This document shows, in pieces, positions 36,993 to 41,872 of a stretch of 41,872 bases of DNA (positions are counted from its first letter, which is position 1; every line of letters begins with the position of its first letter). The DNA comes from Acidimicrobiales bacterium (GTDB lineage Bacteria; Actinomycetota; Acidimicrobiia; Acidimicrobiales; VFJN01). The notes under the pieces are model-generated. The model saw nothing but the letters and a program-made list of their open reading frames with translations, was not told the DNA's origin and did not search any database. Made by a program: the position numbers and the translations under genes. Where the stretch lies: assembly GCA_035693765.1 (NCBI GenBank), contig DASSGC010000144.1:1-41872 (forward strand). Reading direction: 5' to 3'.

Positions 36993-37265
36993 GTGGGGAT
37001 CAGGGAGCGATTGACGGCGACCGCGCAGCCCTTCCTGGAACCGGGTGACGTCGTCCTGCAGGCCTTCCGGGCCGGGCCCAGGATGGCCAGCGGCCGGAAG
37101 TCGCCCGTCGTGCACATCGTCGTGGGCACGCAGGACGCCATCGTCATCCTCAGCACCAGCATGTGGTCGACGCGCAGGGCCAAGTCCCTGCTCGTCCGGT
37201 TGCCGAGGTCGACGACACCGATCTCCCTGCACCTCGGCGAGCTGCGCATCGGCGGCATGCGCTAG
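36993..37265 (+). CDS. Hypothetical protein (90 aa), possibly truncated
   Basis: QPFLEPGDVVLQAFRAGP...VVGTQDAIVILSTS...RAKSLLVRLPRST resembles small actinobacterial PH-like proteins that are normally longer. It ends at a TAG, and the frame stays open for 19 more codons after that. Confidence 0.4.
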   Translation: MGIRERLTATAQPFLEPGDVVLQAFRAGPRMASGRKSPVVHIVVGTQDAIVILSTSMWSTRRAKSLLVRLPRSTTPISLHLGELRIGGMR

Positions 37266-37411
37266 GTGGTCAACGGCACGTCGGCACACCCCCAGGCCCG
37301 CGAGTTGGTGAACGTCGACTAGCGCACCTCGTACCCCACTTGGCCGGAACAGGATCGGGTGCTCGCGGGTTTCCGATCGTGACCGCGCGTCGCTGGAACG
37401 AGGAAGAGCCG

Positions 37412-38779
<1,368 letters not shown>

Positions 38780-38859
38780 GCAGCTCACCGTCGCCCGGTT
38801 GCGCCGCTGGGCCGAGGCGCTGGTGTCGTGACCGAGTCGGTGTCGGCCGAGGCAGCATC

Positions 38860-38885
38860 GGTCACAACGGGCCGCGCCGATCGTC
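38860..38885 (+). promoter_or_regulatory. ECF-type promoter candidate GGTCACA-N15-CGTC
   Basis: The -10-like CGTC ends 10 nt before the NTF2-like ATG (38896). No SD sequence is present, which implies a leaderless or near-leaderless mRNA. Confidence 0.4.
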
Positions 38886-38895
38886 CAATAGAGAC

Positions 38896-39273
38896 ATGAC
38901 CACGACTGACACCGACCTGTCGACCCCTGAGGCGCTCATGCGGACCTTCTCCGCCCGCCTGAACGCCGGCGACCTCGACGGCCTCGTCGCGCTGTACGAG
39001 CTCGATGCCGTCTTCGAACCGCAGCCCGGCCTCGTCGTCCACGGCCGGGCCGCCATCCGGGACGCGCTCGACCAGCTCCTCGCGCTCGGCCCGACGATCA
39101 CCGCCGACACCGTCCAGGTGCTGGCGGCCGGCGACCTCGCGCTCGTCGTCAACGAGTGGGCGATGGCCGGCACGGCCCCGGATGGGACGGTGATACGCCA
39201 GGGCGGCCGCAGCGCGGATGTCGTCCGACGTCAGCCCGACGGCCGATGGCTCGTCGTCGTGGACAAGCCGTGA
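38896..39273 (+). CDS. NTF2/SnoaL-like (DUF4440 / YybH-like) small protein
   Basis: ALMRTFSARLNAGDLDGLVALYELDAVF...GRSADVVRRQPDGRWLVVVDKP. Confidence 0.85.
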   Translation: MTTTDTDLSTPEALMRTFSARLNAGDLDGLVALYELDAVFEPQPGLVVHGRAAIRDALDQLLALGPTITADTVQVLAAGDLALVVNEWAMAGTAPDGTVIRQGGRSADVVRRQPDGRWLVVVDKP

Positions 39274-40100
39274 GCGCCGAAGCCGGCGACCTCGCCACGC
39301 TCGTCGACCGCGCGCAGCGAGGAGACGGCCGGGCGGTCGAAGCGGTGTTGGCCGCGGTGCGCGACGACGTCCACCGTCTCGCACTGCGGATGACGGGTTG
39401 CCCGGACGACGCGCTCGACGCGACGCAGGAGATCCTGGTGAAGGTCCTCACCCGCCTGTCGACGTTCACCGGCGAGGCGGCGTTCCCCACCTGGGTCCAC
39501 CGCGTGACCACGAACCACCTGCTCGACCGCAGGCACAGCGCGGTCGAGCGGCTCGAGCACACCTTCGGCACGTTCGCGGACGATCTCCACGACGGGCTCA
39601 CGCCGGTGGCGCCGAACGCCGGCCCGGAGCTGGACCTGCTCGCCCGTGAGGTCAAGCACGGCTGCACGCTCGCCCTGCTCTGCTGCCTCGACCGTGAGGC
39701 ACGGGTCGCCTACGTGCTCGGCGAGGTGTTCAGCGTGTCGTCCACCGAGGGTGCGTGGATCTGCGAGACGACCGAGGCCGCCTACCGCAAGCGGCTGTCC
39801 CGGGCCCGGGCCGCCGTGCGGGCGTTCGTCAGCGAGCACTGCGGGCTCATCGCCCCGACCCTGGCCCGCTGCCACTGCCGCAAGCGCGTGCCCGCCGCGG
39901 TCCGGCTCGGCCGGGTCGACCCTGCGGTCGTCGAGCACGCGTCAGCCGGCGACGTCGAGGACGCCGTCGCCGAGATGGAGGCGCTGTACGACACCGCCGG
40001 ACTGCTGCGCAGCGTGCCTGATGCCATCGCGCCCGACGAGGTCGCCGTCAGGATCCGGTCGCTGCTCGACTCGGGCCGCTACCGGCTCATCAGCCCATGA
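39270..40100 (+). CDS. ECF sigma-70 family factor with about 90-aa Cys-containing C-terminal extension (paralog 1)
   Basis: GTG overlaps the upstream stop (GTGA). Region 2 reads DATQEILVKVLTRLSTFTGEAAFPTWVHRVTTNHLLD. Region 4 reads REARVAYVLGEVFSVSSTEGAWICETTEAAYRKRLSRARAAV. The extension begins HCGLIAPTLARCHCRKR. Confidence 0.9.
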   Translation: MSAEAGDLATLVDRAQRGDGRAVEAVLAAVRDDVHRLALRMTGCPDDALDATQEILVKVLTRLSTFTGEAAFPTWVHRVTTNHLLDRRHSAVERLEHTFGTFADDLHDGLTPVAPNAGPELDLLAREVKHGCTLALLCCLDREARVAYVLGEVFSVSSTEGAWICETTEAAYRKRLSRARAAVRAFVSEHCGLIAPTLARCHCRKRVPAAVRLGRVDPAVVEHASAGDVEDAVAEMEALYDTAGLLRSVPDAIAPDEVAVRIRSLLDSGRYRLISP

Positions 40101-40264
40101 AGGACTGGGCGGCGGCCTGCTGGATGGCCACCGGCGAGCGGGGCGAGGGCGTCGCCGAGCCCGCGCGTGAACCGGCGTCGGGGGAACTCGGGCCACGCCG
40201 TGGTCAGCTCGCGTGCGAGGTGGCCGGCGAGCGTGACGGAGATCTCGTCCTTGACGTCGGCCAT
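40079..40264 (-). pseudogene. 61-codon ORF coupled to the sigma paralog 2 stop (TGATG), likely the N-terminal remnant of a lost gene
   Basis: MADVKDEISVTLAGHLARELTTAWPEFPRRRFTRGLGDALAPL... has strong GC3 bias for about 45 codons. The bias then collapses, and the ORF ends inside the 3' end of the convergent sigma gene. Confidence 0.3.
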
Positions 40265-41136
40265 CAGTCGGTGGTGAGCAGCTCGGGGTAGCGCTCCTGG
40301 AGGTCGTCCCAGAGGCTCGCGGGTGCGGCGAAGCGGTCGAACCGGTAGAGGTCGCCGATGGCCATGACGTCGTCGAGCTGGCGGGCGAGCGGTTCGATCC
40401 ACACCCGCACCTCTTGGCGGGGGTGGCGGGCCAGCGGGAGGTGGTCGCGGCGGACGATGCCGGCGCGCTCGCCGGCGGCGATCTGGCGGCCGCAGCGGCA
40501 GGGGCCGGCCGGGTCGACCAGGCCGCAGCGGTCGTCGATGACGTGGCGGAGCGTGCGGCGGGCGCGGGCCACGCGCTGGCGGAACGCGGCGCGGGTGCAC
40601 TCGAGGATCTCGGCGCCCTCGACGTCGGTGAGCCCGACGACGTCCGCGAGCAGGTACGCGGCCCGCTGGGGGCGGGGGAGGCACAGCAGCATCCCGTAGG
40701 TGCAGCTGATGCGGACCTCCTCGCACAGCAACCGGTACTCGGCCTCGTCGATCGTCGTGTCGATGTCGCCCATGCCGGCATCGAGGAGCGCCGCGAACCG
40801 CTCGGCTCCCTGCACCGACGACTCGACGATCCGCTTCCGGGTCCGCAGCAGGCTGCGGGTCGCGACGGTGTACGCCCAGGTCGTGAACTTCGATCGTCCC
40901 TCGAACGTGCCGAGCCGGGTCACGATGCGGATGAGGATCTCCTGGCAGGCGTCCTGGGCGTCGTCGGGGTCGCCGAGGAACCGCAACGCGAGGCGGTACA
41001 TCGGGTGTTGCAGCTCGCGCACCAGCGCCGAGAGGGCGCCGCGGTCACCGTCGGCGGCCCGCTGTGCGAGCTCGTCGACGGTGAGGTCGCCATTGCGGCG
41101 GTGCGCCGCCATGTCTTTGCGGTGGTGCGCCGTCAT
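40264..41136 (-). CDS. ECF sigma-70 family factor with Cys-containing C-terminal extension (paralog 2)
   Basis: ATG at 41136 overlaps the upstream stop (ATGA). Region 2 reads DACQEILIRIVTRLGTFEGRSKFTTWAYTVATRSLL. Region 4 reads QRAAYLLADVVGLTDVEGAEILECTRAAFRQRVARARRTL. The extension begins RCGLVDPAGPCRCGRQ. Confidence 0.9.
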   Translation of the reverse strand: MTAHHRKDMAAHRRNGDLTVDELAQRAADGDRGALSALVRELQHPMYRLALRFLGDPDDAQDACQEILIRIVTRLGTFEGRSKFTTWAYTVATRSLLRTRKRIVESSVQGAERFAALLDAGMGDIDTTIDEAEYRLLCEEVRISCTYGMLLCLPRPQRAAYLLADVVGLTDVEGAEILECTRAAFRQRVARARRTLRHVIDDRCGLVDPAGPCRCGRQIAAGERAGIVRRDHLPLARHPRQEVRVWIEPLARQLDDVMAIGDLYRFDRFAAPASLWDDLQERYPELLTTD

Positions 41137-41432
41137 GCCGCTCCGGTGATGATCTCGCCCCGGCCCACCTGCTCGGCGCCTTCGAGCAGCGCGTGCATCC
41201 TTCCGACGGCGTCGAACGTCGCCGCGTGCTGCATCAACCGCTCCTCGCCGTCCGGGACGCTCCACCGCAGCACGTCGAGCCACGTGCCGTCCTCCAGGCG
41301 GACCAGATCGGCACCGAGGAGCTCGGGGCACAAGCCCTGCGCCTCGGCGATCGCCTCGGGGCGTACCTCCAGCAACCGCTCGACGTTGCCCTCCGGAACC
41401 CGGGCCCGCCACACCTGTAGGTATTCGGCCAT
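41133..41432 (-). CDS. ABM/Dabb-like (antibiotic biosynthesis monooxygenase fold) small protein
   Basis: GAGGAGGA RBS. MAEYLQVWRARVPEGNVERLLEVRPEAIAEAQGLCPELLGADLVRLEDGTWLDVLRWSVPDGEE. Confidence 0.7.
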   Translation of the reverse strand: MAEYLQVWRARVPEGNVERLLEVRPEAIAEAQGLCPELLGADLVRLEDGTWLDVLRWSVPDGEERLMQHAATFDAVGRMHALLEGAEQVGRGEIITGAA

Positions 41433-41487
41433 CGACGTCCTCCTCAGCCCTGAGGCGCGGCGCATCTCGCCGCCCGTGAAGATGAGA

Positions 41488-41512
41488 GACATCGCACCCG
41501 GCGAGTGTGACA
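41488..41512 (-). promoter_or_regulatory. ECF-type promoter candidate TGTCACA-N14-TGTC
   Basis: Read on the minus strand, about 56 nt upstream of the ABM-like ATG. The -35 element is the same as at 38860. Confidence 0.4.
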
Positions 41513-41604
41513 GCCGATCCGCCGTGGAGCGCTCCCTCGGCGACCGAGGTCTGGGCGCCCATGGGCCGCGCCAGCCTGCGCGACCTCGGGCACCGCATCG
41601 AGTA

Positions 41605-41738
41605 AGAGGCCGAGCGGATAGGGCGCTCGCCACGGCCTACGCGTGGGGATTTGGCGTGGAAGCACCAGCTCCACAGCTCGGCCGACCGGCAAGGCAGCAC
41701 GGTGACACGCGCCAGCGTGACCTATCCGCTCAAGTTCT
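41605..41738. repeat. Structured 134-bp repeat, copy 2
   Basis: Direct-orientation copy of 7635-7768 at an offset of 33970 bp. The closing stem is GAGCGGATAGG / CCTATCCGCTC. Confidence 0.8.
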
Positions 41739-41806
41739 ACGTGGGCCCTCGCCCCGGAGACGTCGCCGACGTCGCACACGTCGCTGCGCCACGACGGGAC
41801 GGGACA

Positions 41807-41872
41807 TCAGACCCCGTCGGTGGTGACGTCGGTGGTGACGTCGGTGGTGACGTCGTGAGCGGCCGATCGCCC
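41807..41872 (-). CDS. 3' end of a minus-strand gene entering from beyond the window (only 21 codons visible)
   Basis: ...HDVTTDVTTDVTTDGV-stop, with TGA at 41807-41809. It is encoded by 12-nt tandem repeats and is too short to identify. Confidence 0.3.
   Translation of the reverse strand, partial: GRSAAHDVTTDVTTDVTTDGV
41815..41858. repeat. About 3.5 tandem copies of GGTGGTGACGTC
   Basis: Read directly from the sequence. Confidence 0.85.

Noticed and set aside
36993-37322. Read-through of the TAG at 37263-37265 to extend the 90-aa hypothetical protein (a TAG-from-TGG hypothesis)
   Set aside because: This is pure speculation from one codon. The downstream 19 codons give no recognisable sequence. 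I kept it as a short low-confidence CDS only.
39270-41136. Calling the two sigma factors ECF41 on the basis of the TGTCACA-type promoter
   Set aside because: The C-terminal extensions do not show the SnoaL-like sequence or the DGGGK/NPDKL motifs I associate with ECF41. Group assignment needs HMM classification.

Overview
Very GC-rich actinobacterial-type chromosomal segment (GC judged by eye, not computed). It is densely coding on both strands, and I support about 45 protein-coding genes. I saw no rRNA, tRNA, CRISPR array, transposase, integrase or phage genes. Most long ORFs in the six-frame track are antisense or out-of-frame shadows (Arg/Pro/Gly/Ala-rich), which is typical of high-GC DNA.

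Layout:
- 1-5.8 kb: a His/Asp-rich membrane protein (partial), a Tat-exported PhoX-like phosphatase, a K+-independent H+-pyrophosphatase and a DtxR-family regulator.
- 5.9-10.3 kb: two facing lipid or steroid-side-chain-type operons (DUF35 + thiolase-like Ltp; ACAD-SDR-MaoC). They share an identical 19-bp palindromic operator.
- 10.4-15.4 kb: a translationally coupled aminotransferase/omega-amidase pair, an ABC exporter, an orphan Phd/YefM antitoxin and endonuclease IV.
- 15.5-21.4 kb: csoR-copA with a visible operator, two small membrane proteins and an orphan GAF-PAS-GAF histidine kinase.
- 21.5-29.9 kb: an accessory-looking stretch. It holds a decayed CPBP protease gene, a YkoF-like protein, an XRE regulator facing a DUF574 methyltransferase, a small secreted peptide, DUF4177, AraC with an oxidoreductase, and a convergent DUF2510 pair.
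- 30-33.4 kb: a WYL (YafY) regulator divergent from an epoxide hydrolase + AlkZ-like glycosylase operon, with two matched palindromic operators.
- 34-37 kb: a SHOCT/PLDc_N/DUF6325 cluster.
- 37.4-41.4 kb: a flavoprotein disulfide reductase, then two convergent paralogous ECF sigma modules, each coupled to a small alpha+beta-barrel protein.

The most unusual signal is a 134-bp structured element present twice (7635-7768 and 41605-41738). All 8 differences between the copies are structure-neutral, and 4 of them form two compensatory base-pair changes.
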